From: Mizuhopecten yessoensis
Taxonomy: Eukaryota
Direction: 5' to 3'
Assembly (NCBI RefSeq): GCF_002113885.1
Contig: NW_018408365.1
Coordinates: 13,782 to 77,781, forward strand
DNA length: 64,000 bases
The position numbers were made by a program, and so were the translations under genes. Positions within the stretch are counted from its first letter, which is position 1; the number at the start of each line of letters is the position of its first letter. This document shows, in pieces, positions 25,227 through 38,425 of the stretch. The notes below the pieces were generated by a model, which was given only the letters and a program-made list of their open reading frames with translations, ran no database searches and was not told the DNA's origin.

Positions 25227-28200
25227 ATGTCCAGGTTAATGGAAGGTATTAAAATATTATCGGCAAATTGTCAGGGATTGGGTGATAAAACCAAGAGAAA
25301 GGATGTTTTTTCATATTTAAGGTCTAAAGATTTTAATATCTATTGTATACAAGATACTCATTTTACTGAAGAAATTGAAGGAATAATTAGGACAGAGTGG
25401 GGATATGAGTGTTACTTTAACTCTCTGAGGTCAAATTCTAGGGGGGTTGCAATATTATTTAATAATAATTTTGAGGTGAAGGTTTTAAAGGTTAAAAAGG
25501 ATTTGACTGGGAATTTCATAGCATTAGATTTAGAAATAGAAGGGAAACAAATTACACTTATAAATATCTATGGGCCAAATTCAGATACTCCATCTTTTTA
25601 TGACAACATAGTAGAATCAATAGATACTTTTAAAAATGAATGTTTTATAATATGTGGAGATTTTAACTTAGTATTAAACCCTGAAATTGATTATGATAAA
25701 AGCTATAAAAATATCAATAACCCAAAAGCTAGAGAAAATATCTTACAAATAATTGAAGAGTTAGGAATGGTTGATGTTTATAGGGAACAGAATCCTGATA
25801 ATAAAAGATATACATGGAGAAGAAGTAATCCAATTAAACAAGCCCGCCTAGATTTTTTTCTCATTTCTGAAAACTTACTACCTAGTGTAAATAAAACTGA
25901 TATTGAGCCAGGATACAGATCTGACCATTCTATACCATTTATTATATTAAAATTTAATGAATTTAAGAAGGGGAAAGGACTATGGAAGTTTAACAATTCT
26001 TTATTGCATGATTTAGACTATCTTGAAATTGTAAACAAAATTATTTTAGACGTTAAAACCCAATATGCTCTTCCAGTGTATAATCCACACAATATATCCA
26101 ATATTCTGGACTCTGAGATCCAATTCGTTATAGATGATCAGCTGTTTTTTGAAACGTTATTAATAGAAATTAGAGGGAAAACTATTTCATATGCTTCACA
26201 TAAGAAAAAACAACAGAACCATTTAGAAAACAATTTAAAAGATATTATAAAACATTTAGAATCGGTTGAAAATATTGATTTTGATAAATTAAAGGAGAAA
26301 AAACAAGAATTAGAAAATATAAGATTACATAAACTAAGAGGTAGCATTATTAGATCTAAAGCTAAATGGGTTGAAGAGGGAGAAAAGCCAACTAACTACT
26401 TTTTTAATCTCGAAAACAGAAATTATACCTCAAAAATAATTCCAAAAATAGAAAAAGAAAATGGGGATATAATAACTAATCAAAATGAGATACTTAAAGA
26501 AGTTAAATTATTTTATGAGTCTTTATATACCAATGATGATAATATAGATGATGTTAATTTAGACAACTTTTTACATGACTTTCATGTTCCTAAACTGAAT
26601 AATATAGAATCTGATAGTTTAGAGGGCATTATAACTCTTAAAGAAGCATCACATACATTAAATAATATGAAAAATGGGAAAAGCCCTGGTTCTGATGGTT
26701 TTACGGTTGAATTTTTAAAATGTTTCTGGAAACAGCTGAATAACTTTATAGTGAGATCAATCAATTTTGGTTACGCTAATGGACAATTGTCAGTTACACA
26801 AAGACAGGGAATAATAACATGTATACCTAAAGGGGATAAACCAAGACAGTTTCTAAAAAATTGGCGACCAATTTCTCTTCTGAATATTATATATAAAATT
26901 GCATCAGGGTCAATAGCAGGGAGAATAAAAACAGTCTTAAATAGTATAATAAACACAGATCAAACAGGTTTTATTTCGGGTCGTTATGTTGGGGAGAATA
27001 CTAGGTTAATTTATGATGTCATGCAATATACAGATGAAAATAATATACCAGGAATGTTGTTAATTATAGATTTTGAAAAGGCTTTCGACTCAGTGTCCTG
27101 GAAATTTATTGAAAAAGTTCTTGATTATTTTAAATTTGGCAATGGCATAAAAAAATGGGTAAAAGTCTTTCATACAAACGCAAAGTCTGCAATAAATCAA
27201 GGGGGAAATTTATCATCTTTTTTCGATATTAAAAGAGGTTGCAGGCAAGGGGATCCAATAGCTCCATATATATTCATATTATGCGCTGAAATTTTAGCTG
27301 TAAGACTGAGAAATAATAAACATATAAATGGTATTAATATTGACAATTGCCCGCTTTTACTTTCCCAGTATGCTGATGACACTACATTGATTTTAGATGG
27401 CACACAAATTTCATTAAAAGAGGCAATTAAAGAATTGAAAAGTTTTGCAAATATTTCTGGACTCAAAATAAACATAGAAAAGACACATGTTATTTGGATA
27501 GGTAGTAAAAAATACAGTGATGAAATTCTTTATCCTGAATTGAATTTGCAGTGGGGGGATAGGAAATTTACACTTTTAGGTATTGAGTTTGATGTAGATT
27601 TACATAGGATAACAAAATTGAATTACGATAAGAAATTTGTAAAACTCAAAACTTTGATTAAAACCTGGAAAAGAAGATTGTTGACTCCTATTGGTAGGAT
27701 ACATATCATAAAATCATTATTAATTTCACAATTCAACCACCTTTTTATCTCTTTACCAAATCCAGATGATTGTTTTCTTAAAAAATTAAATATAGAGCTT
27801 TTTAATTTTCTGTGGAATAGTAAAATAGATAAAGCTAAGAGAGATGTCATTGTTAAAGATTATGTAAAAGGGGGTCTTAAAATGTTACATGTACAGTCGT
27901 TTATTGACTCGTTAAAATTAACGTGGGTTAGGAGGTTATATATGAATTCTGGTAAATGGCAAGTGATCTTAAAATTATATTGTGATAAAAACATTCTGGC
28001 AAATTGTGGAACTGATTATATTTCAAAATGTCAAAATAAAACTAAAAATCTATTTTGGATTGATGTATTTAGGGCATGGAGAAAAATTATTGAAAAATAT
28101 AAGTCCCCTAGCAGTAATTTCAAAATGCCCATCTGGTATAATAAAAATATTTCAATAGAAAATAGAAGTATATTTTACAGGGAATGGTACAATAAAGGAA

Positions 28201-28504
28201 TAATTGTAATTGATGATCTAATCAGAGACGGAAATACCAATGCTTTTTACACATTTCAAGAATTCAAACAGATTTATGATATTAATACAAACTTTTTGCG
28301 ATACCAGGGTCTAATTACTGCCATTAGAGAGTGTATTATGCAACAAGATATGTCAAATGTAGAGGTTAACTGTCCATTTTTACCAATTAATATAGAAATG
28401 TTTTTGAAAAACAAAAAGGGGATAAGAGATTTTTATAGCTTATTTTGTAAAAATGATACTATTTCAACAGGTAAAAAAAAATGGGATGATATATTTCAAT
28501 TTGA
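25227..28504 (+). CDS. L1/Tx1-clade non-LTR retrotransposon ORF2: APE endonuclease plus reverse transcriptase; C-terminus hidden in the gap
   Basis: APE motifs LSANCQGL, CIQDTH, NIYGPN, CGDFN, RLDFFL, SDH. RT motifs KSPGSDGF, WRPISLLN, QTGF, DFEKAFDSV, GCRQGDP, QYADD, GLKINIEKT. No stop or frameshift in ~1090 codons. Confidence 0.97.
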
Positions 28505-29132
28505 NNNNNNNNNNNNNNNNNNNNNNNNNNNNNNNNNNNNNNNNNNNNNNNNNNNNNNNNNNNNNNNNNNNNNNNNNNNNNNNNNNNNNNNNNNNNNNNN
28601 NNNNNNNNNNNNNNNNNNNNNNNNNNNNNNNNNNNNNNNNNNNNNNNNNNNNNNNNNNNNNNNNNNNNNNNNNNNNNNNNNNNNNNNNNNNNNNNNNNNN
28701 NNNNNNNNNNNNNNNNNNNNNNNNNNNNNNNNNNNNNNNNNNNNNNNNNNNNNNNNNNNNNNNNNNNNNNNNNNNNNNNNNNNNNNNNNNNNNNNNNNNN
28801 NNNNNNNNNNNNNNNNNNNNNNNNNNNNNNNNNNNNNNNNNNNNNNNNNNNNNNNNNNNNNNNNNNNNNNNNNNNNNNNNNNNNNNNNNNNNNNNNNNNN
28901 NNNNNNNNNNNNNNNNNNNNNNNNNNNNNNNNNNNNNNNNNNNNNNNNNNNNNNNNNNNNNNNNNNNNNNNNNNNNNNNNNNNNNNNNNNNNNNNNNNNN
29001 NNNNNNNNNNNNNNNNNNNNNNNNNNNNNNNNNNNNNNNNNNNNNNNNNNNNNNNNNNNNNNNNNNNNNNNNNNNNNNNNNNNNNNNNNNNNNNNNNNNN
29101 NNNNNNNNNNNNNNNNNNNNNNNNNNNNNNNN
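28505..29132. other. Assembly gap (N run)
   Basis: Continuous Ns. Confidence 1.
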
Positions 29133-29434
29133 TCTGTCTGTCTGTCTGTCTTTCTTTCTGTCCATTTACCTATCTTTATTTCCTCTATTTCTTTGTTTTC
29201 TTGTTTCTCTTTTCTGATTTTCCTTCCTTTCTTATATAACATTACAATAAAATAAAATACCACTTACAAAAAGAGCAATATTAATTAGTATGAAAGTATG
29301 TGTGAAAGTGGAATTCATTATGTATAATGAAATGTATATGTTACTGTAATGTGAAAAATACTTTGAAAATAAACAAATATAAAAAAAATAAAAAATACAC
29401 GATAATTGCAATTATTGTATGACGTTTTGGAATG

Positions 29435-31470
29435 TATTACAGCTGTCGGTCATCCAAACTCCCTTACAGCTGAAGGTCGTCCAAACTCCCTTACAGCTGA
29501 CGGTGGTCCAAACTCCCTTACAGCTGACGGTCGTCCAAACTCCTTACAACTGACGGTCATACGTGTACAAACTCCCTTACAGCTAATTATAACGTCCCAT
29601 ACTCCATTACAGCTGACGGTCATCCAGACTCCCTTACAGCTGAGGGTCTTTCAAACTCTCTTACAGCTAATTATAATATCCCATACTCCATTACAGCTGA
29701 CGGTCGTGTCATTCTCCTTACAGCTAATTATAACGTCCCATACTCCATTACAGCTGACAGTCATCCAAACTCCCTTACAGCTGAGGGTCGTCCAAACTCC
29801 CTTACAGCTAATTATAACATCCCATACTCCATAACAGCTGATATCGTTCCATTCCTCCTTACAACTGAAGGTCAACCCATACATCCTTACAGCTAAGGTC
29901 ATCCCATACACCCTTACAGCTATGGTCATCCCATACACCCTTAAAACTGAAGGTAATCCCATACACCCTTACAGCTAAGGTTGTCCCATACTCCCTTACA
30001 ACTGAAGGTCATCCCATATGACCTTACAGCTATGGTCATCCCATACACCCTTACAACTGAAGGTCATCTCATACACCCTTACAGCTAAGGTCATCCGATA
30101 CACCCTTACAGTTAATATAGTTCCATTCTCCCTTACAACTGAAAGTCATCCCATACACCCTTACAGCTATGGTCATCCCATACAACCTTACAACTGAAGG
30201 TCATCCCATATTCCCTTACAGCTAAGGTCAAACCATACACCCTTACAGCTAAGGTCAAACCATACACCCTTACAGCTATGGTCATCCCATACACCCTTAC
30301 AACTGAAGGTCATCCCATACACCCTTGCAACTGAAGGTCATCCCATACAACCTTACAGCTAAGGTCATCCCCTACAACCTTACAACTGAAGGTCATCCCA
30401 TACACCCTTACAGCTATGGTCATCCCCTAAAACCTTACAACTGAAGGTCATCCCATACACCCTTACAGCCAAGGTCAAACCATACACCTTTACAGCTAAG
30501 GTCAAACCATACACCCTTACAGCTATGGTCATCCCATACACCCTTACAACTGAAGGTCACCCCGTACACCCTTACAGCTAAAGTTATTCCATACACCCTT
30601 ACAGTTGATATCGTTCCATTCTCTCCTACAACTGAAGGTCATACCATACACCCTTACAGCTAAGGTCATCCCATACACCCTTACAGCTATGGTCATCCCA
30701 TACAACCTTACAGCTAAGGTCATCCCATACACCCTTACAGCTAAGGTCATCACATACACCCTTACAACTGAAGGTCATTCCTACTCCTTTCAGATAAGTT
30801 CGTTCCATACACCCTGACAGCTAAGATCGTTCCATACACCCTTACAGATTAGGGCCATCCCATATAACCTTACAACTAATATCGTTCCATTCTCCCTTAC
30901 AACTGAAGGTCATACCATACACCCTAACGGCTAAGGTCATCCCATACACCCTTACAAATATGTGCGTTCCATACACCCTTACAGCTAAGGTCGTCAAATA
31001 CACCCTTACAGCTAAGGTTGTCCCATACTCCCTTACAGATGAGGGCCATCCAATATAACCTTACACCTAATATCTTTCCATACTCCCTCACACATGAGGA
31101 CCGATCCATACACTCTTACAGCTAATATCGCTCCATACACCCTTAAAGCTAAGGTTTTCCCATACTCCCTTACATATGAGGGTTAATCCACACACCCTTA
31201 CAGCTAATATCGTTCTATTCACCCTTACAACTGAAGGTCATCCCATACACCCTTACATCTAAGGTCGTCCAATACATCCTTACAGCTAAGATGGTCCCAT
31301 AACCCTTACAGATGGGCCTTCCCATATAACCTTACAGCTAGGGTCGTTCCATTCTGCCTTATAGCTGAAGGTCACACAGACTTCCCTACAGCTGAAGGTC
31401 GTTCTACACTGCCATACAACTGAAAATCATCCCACACGCTCTTACAGCTTAAGGTCGCCCCATACGTTCC
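29435..31470. repeat. 27/28-bp minisatellite, ~70 copies
   Basis: Units cccttacagctaaggtcatcccataca and cccttacaactgaaggtcatcccataca, with diverged edges. Confidence 0.97.
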
Positions 31471-32774
31471 TAATTTCCGCTATTCCGATTGCATGATTGA
31501 TATTTGTGGTTTTCTAACTTTTTTATGTCTCTGTTATTCTAAGTGTGTGGCAAATTTGGAACTTGTGAGTACTAGGATATGGAGTAGGTAGTGTTGGCCA
31601 CGTGACAACATCTGACACTCCAGAGCGCCTCGACCGGGTATGTCCGTTCTCTTATAAACACGAGCAAAACGTGCTCATCATCCCCGGACGAACGTAATAC
31701 TCCGTTTTACAATCCTTACTTAATTACGCAGTCACGTGACAAAAGACGTTTAACACCTGAAGAAAGAGGTAAAGAAGCAGTCTTTTCTTTAATAATTAGT
31801 CCGGAAAATAACGTGCAGTTTTAATTGGCTTTTAATGATACTTTTGATTAGCATCTTCCGGAGTTGTATCGACGGACTTTGACCAGTGTGTACCCAGACG
31901 GTGATTACCTGTCAATAATTGATGCTTGTTTTCAATTCCTCAATCTCATGTTTTGGCTGTATTGTTGGGTTCATGAATACATAATAGTTGGTTGTGTGAC
32001 TGGACCACGGCTGTGGTATTTACCTGTTTACCTGGCAGGTAGCGAGCCAGGTACAATTTGTACTTACTCAAACATGCAATGTAGCGTTCATACTTGTCTC
32101 TCTATTCGATTCGTTACAGTTATAAGTGTGTGGCAATGGTTGTTTTTATTTACCAAAACAAAGTATATCACTGACCCTTTTCCTCCCCCACAATCTAGCA
32201 TAAAGTGTACAGGTGTGTTTTAATGTCACCACACCTGTTAGAACGGCTACCAATGTTTAATGATCGGGTCCATCGTGCAGTCGATAGATACATTAAGTGT
32301 AGCAAATGAAAAGACATATTGTCTCTCAAACAATTACATCTGGTTCAGGAGTTACTAAAGAGAGGTTCTGGACAGCAGTATAACAGGGTATGTACACTAA
32401 ACCAAGGGCGGCATGTCGTCATATTGCACTTAAAACAATTTCGACAGAACCGGAAGTTTGACAGTTTGTTCTGTATGTAAACGTATTCTATTGATTAATC
32501 ACTATATTTGTTTGATAGGTTGCGTGACCGCTGAATCTAGTTTTGTACGGTGTTTGACAACTATACAGAGAACAGATACCGAGGCAGTCGTACTTGGGGT
32601 TTTCACACATCAGATTTAGTACCCCGTTTTGAGTAAAGAATTACTGATACTGGTAAAAAGTATTGAAGATATCCCATTTATGGAAGTCAAGTATACAATC
32701 TACATAATGCAACGATAATCAAGGAAGGCTGTTCTGAAGCGTTCGTGCTCTGTGATACATGCTTAGTGCCTGTC

Positions 32775-33270
32775 GTACCGTAAGGTACGTCTTTGGGGTC
32801 TGTGGTACCATAACATAGTTCCTAGGGGACTTTGATACCCTACAACATGTCCTCAGGGGTCTTTGGTACCCTATGCGACGTCCTTAGGGGTGTTCGGTAC
32901 CCTATGATAGCCCTTAGGGGTCTTTGGTACCCTATGATACGTCCTTAGGGGTCTTTGGTACCCTATGATACGTCCTTAGGGGTCTTTGGTACCCTATGAA
33001 ACGCCCTTAGTGTCTTTGGTACCCCATGCTACGTCCTTAGGGGTATTTGGTACCCTATGATACGTCCTTAGGGGTCTTTGGTACCCTATGATACGTCCTT
33101 AGGGGTCTTTGGTACCCTATGATACGTCCTTAGGGGTCTTTGGTACCCTAATGTACGTCCTTGGGCCCTTTGATACCCTAAGATACGTCTTTGGAGTCTG
33201 TGGTACCCTAAGTACGTCGTTGGGGTCTGTAGTACCCTAAGTACATCTTTGGGGTCTATGGTACCCTCAA
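32775..33270. repeat. 31-bp minisatellite, ~16 copies
   Basis: Unit ggtaccctatgatacgtccttaggggtcttt. Confidence 0.96.
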
Positions 33271-33528
33271 CCGGACCACACTTGGCCATATTCGTTCGAG
33301 TATGCGACTGAAAAGGGCGAATTGATCCGATTGTGGTACCCTATGACACGTACATGTAGTGATTGTCTGTGATACCGTAAAATATGAAGATTGGTATCTT
33401 ATATATGATACAGCGTTTACCTTGACAAAATGAAAGCTTTTATAGAAGTAATTTTGTGTGGGCATATCAACTAACGATCTGGCCGGCTCCCATTCCCCTC
33501 CAAACAAATGACGTCATTACCTTATACA

Positions 33529-35361
33529 CAGGGGGGACCAAGGAATACATTTTGGGTGTTGCCCAAAATTTTAAATTCAGAAAAAGGCTAAAAAACCTTA
33601 TTAATTATAATTGTCATGTCGGTTTTACATGTACACTACTTTCTGGCACCAAACAATATATAGAACTCCCATTATTTCTGAGGTTGTGACAATTATAATT
33701 TTCCTTGCCTAGCAGAGCGAGACGATTTTTTTTGGATTTTTTCTGAAGATGTAATACTAAACCTGTTCAAGCACTGTCAAGCGTAGAAAGCAAGAATTTA
33801 TCGGACATTATTTCCATTGTCAAACAGGTCGAATAAGGCATAGACTAGTTTTCTGAGTTTGCGGTATTATTCCAGGTTATATTTCATAACATAGAGTATG
33901 TATATTTTATGATGGCCGAGCGGAGCTTCTCTGAAACAATGGTAAAAATGTAGGTTTTTGGTTAAAATGTTGATGTTTGTGTCATGCCTTTCATGTGCAT
34001 GTAGTTTAGGTGAGCATTTTGGCAATTAAATATTGATTTAATTTGTCATAAATTTGAATTATGATTTGACTGTTTGTCTTTTATTGTGCATTTGTATGCA
34101 TGCATATGTACAAGGGCAACACCTGTTAAAAAGGATATATATATACAGGCTTTTCTGCTAGCATTGGTTATTATTCACCTGATAACGTGATGCTATGGTG
34201 GCAATCAAATTAAAATCATATATTCACATCGCTCCCATAAAACGTGAAGATGCGAAGATATAATTAGATTGCTAAGATGGATGCTTTATTGTCTTTGAAA
34301 TTTTTGAAATTCACGTTTTTTAACAGGTATAATTAATCACTCCTGGTGATCACGTGTACATGAAACCACAGGTGAAAATACAGGTTTATCGATCATGAAA
34401 TGGACTCTACCTTTGAAATAACAATTAACATATATACCTAATTCTAACAGATGGTTTTATCCTCTCTCAACGAACAGGGTGATCACCACACCGTGACATT
34501 AGAACAATACGATTAGGTAGACAGTTCGTTGATCAAAGCCTTCACCAACTGACCTGACTGGAGACCCCTGTTTTTTTCTGCCATAACTCCGTGGAGACTG
34601 AAGTTATTTTTTATGCGACTTTCCTTTGTATAGTGACCAAAGACTTAGTCTATTTCATCAGATGGAGAACTCTTGTGATACTTTCAAAGATTGTGATAGT
34701 AATGAAAAATTATATTTATTAATGGACAATCCCAATATCTAATTTTTATTAGGAAAAACTGTATATTTTATGTTACGCAGAAGGAGGATGTTTTTAAATT
34801 GTATATAAGGATTTTTTGTCTAATCATAATTATTTACAGCATCTTTTACTAAGTATATATATCCTATAATTTGGAAAATGTTCTTAATTTTTCTTTTCCT
34901 TTTTGTAATATTTTATAACTTCTTTGGTATGGACTATTGAAGTAGTTTTAAAGATTGATAATGTCTCATAAGTCATTGATGGCTGGATGTTAATATAGTT
35001 TTATGTTTAAATTTCTCAGATACCTGTTTTAATGTTTGTATTAACATGTGACACTTAAATAAAATAAATGAATGATTGATTGATTGATTGACTAATATAT
35101 AAACAAAAGAGGATTAATCCCCTATTGTTTAAAGTATAAGTAGTGGACTCCTTGTTTAGGCAACTTCACCCTTAGGCATATATAGATATTCAAACTGCTG
35201 CTTGCCATAGAAAATCATAGTTCACAGGATGGTTGATATTAGAAAAAATTCCCATATGAAAAAGAGGAAAATCTTCAAAAATCTAAGTCCAGATTATTTT
35301 TGTACACAGAAAAAAGGGTGTTGCCCGGGCAACTAGGGCAACACCGCTGGGTCCGCCGCTG
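33529..35361. mobile_element. Non-autonomous hAT-like DNA transposon (~1.8 kb) with imperfect TIRs and an apparent 5-bp TSD
   Basis: Left end CAGGGGGGACCAAG; right end CTGGGTCCGCCGCTG (reverse complement CAGCGGCGGACCCAG). Subterminal gggtgttgccc near both ends. ATACA flanks both sides. Confidence 0.7.
34490..35092 (+). pseudogene. Decayed 3' fragment of a LINE (probably L2/Crack/RTE-X-like) nested in the hAT-like element
   Basis: Frameshifted translation FCHNSVETEV/FLCDFPLYSDQRLSLF..EKLYLLM..GKTVYFMLRRR resembles the CxxC..E-x-E-x-H-F-L..C..Y..R C-terminal zinc-knuckle region of LINE ORF2. It ends in AATAAA and a (TTGA)n tail. Confidence 0.7.
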
Positions 35362-35952
35362 ATACATGTACGTCACATTTTCATGTTTGTTCGATAACGT
35401 TGTAGTTAATGCCGCCCTGATTTACTGGTCAATAACGGATCGTGTACCCTTCGTCATCAGATATTGGGTAGTGTCGACCACTATTAAAGCATGAGCAACA
35501 TTACCTGGTAAAAGTTTACTAAATAAACGCATGGATATACCCTATATCAAACGATGTACATACATGTATTGATGTGTGGGACTAGGCCTGATGTATTTTA
35601 GGCCAGAGTCTGGCTGTCTCCTGTCATGGTCTGGCGTCAGATTCGTCTGTGTTACGATGGAGTTTTCAGATACAGCGAGGAGTCGAAGGAGTCATTACAT
35701 ATACGTTACATACAACTGTATAAAAATACGATGTAATTTAACTTGTTGTCCTTTTCAAAATAAAATAACATTGATTGCTAGTTGTGCCAGATGTACTGGT
35801 TTTACATAAATGACATGTATCACCAAAAATTGTCGAGCATGTACGTGTAACAGCGGAATGGTATTCATGGAGTAACAGATTGTTAGATAAAGACATTATT
35901 TCCTACCTTAATGTGGCTGTATTCAACCGACCTGCTAAACTATCATGTAAAA

Positions 35953-36400
35953 GACAAGAGGCCCAGGGGCCTTAATAGTTCACCTGGTATTTTAGTTTTC
36001 AATTTAAAACCTACTGAGTACCATACAGGTTTATCAAAGGAGTACAAGAATTTGCAAGAAGTGGGGGATGGGTGGGGGGATTCTCTAGAACATGTTTGGT
36101 TAAAATCTCTTCAACGGTACAGAAGGAGAAGGCTCTTTGATGTTTTCCTCTTTTTCCTCTATTTCCTCTAATGGGCCCCACCCATCTGCCCCAAAGAAGG
36201 GGGTCCACACACCTCAGTTTATACAAAATTGATTCTTTTGTCCCTATGCATGTATCAGACTGCATTTGGTTTAAATCCCTTCACTTGTATAGTAGGAGAG
36301 AGAAAACTCCTATTTCCCCCCATTGGGCCCCGCCCCTCGGCCCCCAGAGTGGTCACACCCTCTGTTTATACAAACTTGAGTCTCCTTAGTCCTTTTTTCA
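35953..36400 (+). mobile_element. Truncated HINE/pearl-like non-autonomous Helentron derivative
   Basis: 5' end acaagaggcccaggggcctt..ttcacctgg parallels the element at 36611. Two diverged core repeats follow and no 3' hairpin is seen. Confidence 0.65.
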
Positions 36401-36610
36401 ATGATTTGGAAAACATTGAAGAGATTTAAAGCCGAAAACTGTTTCAAATGTTGACATTTGCCTTTTTGATTGTTTGACAAGATTTAAGCGAGTTACAAGA
36501 AAATAGGTTTGAGCACAGAACCAATGCTTGAGCATGAGAACGCTTTCATGAATACGGGCCCTGGACTAGTTCGAGGTTATCTGATGCTTTACCTGCATAT
36601 AAAGTTTAAG

Positions 36611-37844
36611 AACAGGAGGCCCAAATGGGCCTGAATCGCTCAACTGGTATTAATCTCACACTTGTAATCTTAAACGTGGACTAAAATACAGCTAGAGGCA
36701 GAATATCAGTGTTTGGTTCATAAGAACCTATTAAAATATTTAAACGTATGACCACTGTGACCTTGAATATGGGTGAAGGTCATTCATTTTAACAAACTTG
36801 GTAGCCCTTCATCCTAGCATGCTACTTGCCAACTATCATAACCCTAGGCCTCTTTGTTATTAAGAAGAGGTTGTATAAAGGTTTCAAACATATCTGACCC
36901 CTTTGACCTTGAAAATAAGTTAAGGTCATTCAATTGAACAAACTTGGAAGCCCTTCATCCCAGCATGTTACTTGCCAAATATCATAACCTTAGGCCTCTT
37001 AGGTATTTAGAAGAAGTTGTATAAAGTTTTTAAACATGTTTGACCCCTGTGACCTTGAATATTTGTCAGTCATTTATTTGAACAAACTTGGTAGCCCTTT
37101 ATCACAGCATGCTACTTGCCAAATATCATCATCCCAGGCCTCTTGGTTATTGAGAAGAAGTTGTTTCAAGGTTTTAAACATATTTGACCCCTGTGACCTT
37201 GAATATCAGTAAAGGTCATTCATTTGAACAAACTTGGTAGCCCTTCATCACATCATGATACTGGCCAAATAACATCATCCTAGGCCTTTTGGTTATTGAG
37301 AGGAAGTTGTTTCAAGGTTTTAAACATATTTGACCCCTGTGACCTTGAATATAATTAAAGGTCATTCATTTGACTAAACTAGGTAGCCCTTCATCCCAGC
37401 ATGTTACTTGCTAAATATCATTATCCTAGGCCTCTTAGTTATTCAGAGGAAGTTATGTAAAGATTTTTTAAGACAATTGACCCCTGTGACCTTGAAAATG
37501 GATGAAGGCCATTCATTTGAACAAACTTGGTAGCCCTTTATCCCAGCATGCTACTGGCCAAATATCATCACCCTGGGCGTTTTGGTTATTCAGAAGAAGT
37601 TGTATAAAGTTTTTAACATATTTGACCCCTGTGACCTTGAAAATAGGTGAAAGTCATTTATTTGAACAAACCTTGTAGCCCTTCATCTCAGTTTGCTGCT
37701 GGCCAAATATCATCACCCTAGGCCTTGCGGTTATTAAGAAGAAGTTGTTTAAAGTAAAATATTGACGCCGGACGGACGGACGGACGACGGACGCTGCACC
37801 ATGCCATAAGCTCACTTGGCCCTTCGGGTCAGGTGAGTTAAAAA
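36611..37844 (+). mobile_element. Complete HINE/pearl-like (DINE-1-type) non-autonomous Helentron with 7 internal ~146-bp repeats
   Basis: 5' aacaggaggcccaaatgggcct palindrome plus subTIR gctcaactgg. tgacccctgtgaccttgaa cores at ~36750, 36896, 37041, 37185, 37331, 37478, 37623. (GGAC)n microsatellite at ~37768-37793, 3' stem-loop agctcacttggcccttcgggtcaggtgagtt, then an A run. Confidence 0.92.
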
Positions 37845-38299
37845 TCAGCACTTCCAAATATCTCGTTGCAGAATATGCAAAACAATTGTTTTACTTAGCA
37901 CTTCCGGTGATTGTTACGCAATAAAACATAAGAGCTGTACGTGTTAAAGTGACGTCAGCTCACGTTATCCGATGGAGATGCATTCAATAATGATGGAACC
38001 TAGGAATAGTTTGTACGACACGGCGGGCCCCTGACTATCTGATAACTTGCTAAATATGATGTAGCTCATCCCTCCGGTGGAGATTGTATCAAACCAGTGC
38101 TCCGCAGTGGTGCCATCCTTATACTTCCAAATTTCATTTTAGTCTAGATCAAACAGTTTGGTTTGTGAAGTAACTGATTGTATTGATCCAAACAAGTTGT
38201 CAATGAGAAATTGTGAAACAAATCTGTCAGAGAGTATTCCCAAACCGGGGTTATTAGGTCAGAGCACCGGGCTATACCTTCAAAATACTCCAATGATCG

Positions 38300-38425
38300 G
38301 TAAATACTGTCAAAACAATCCCAAGGATAGTAAAATACCGTCAAAATACTTCCACGGTCTATAGATACCGTCAAAATACTTCCTTGGTCGATATACCGTC
38401 AAAATACTCCCATGGTCTGTAAATG
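38300..38425. repeat. ~30-bp short tandem repeat, 3-4 copies
   Basis: ataccgtcaaaatacttcc..ggtc units. Confidence 0.85.

Larger units (their letters stand above)
23735..29395 (+). mobile_element. L1/Tx1-like LINE (5' boundary uncertain) with 3' UTR and A-rich tail
   Basis: ORF2 as above. After the gap come a (TCTG)n and pyrimidine tract, AATAAA at 29368-29373 and an A-rich tail at 29381-29395. No TSD identified; continuity across the gap is assumed. Confidence 0.8.
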
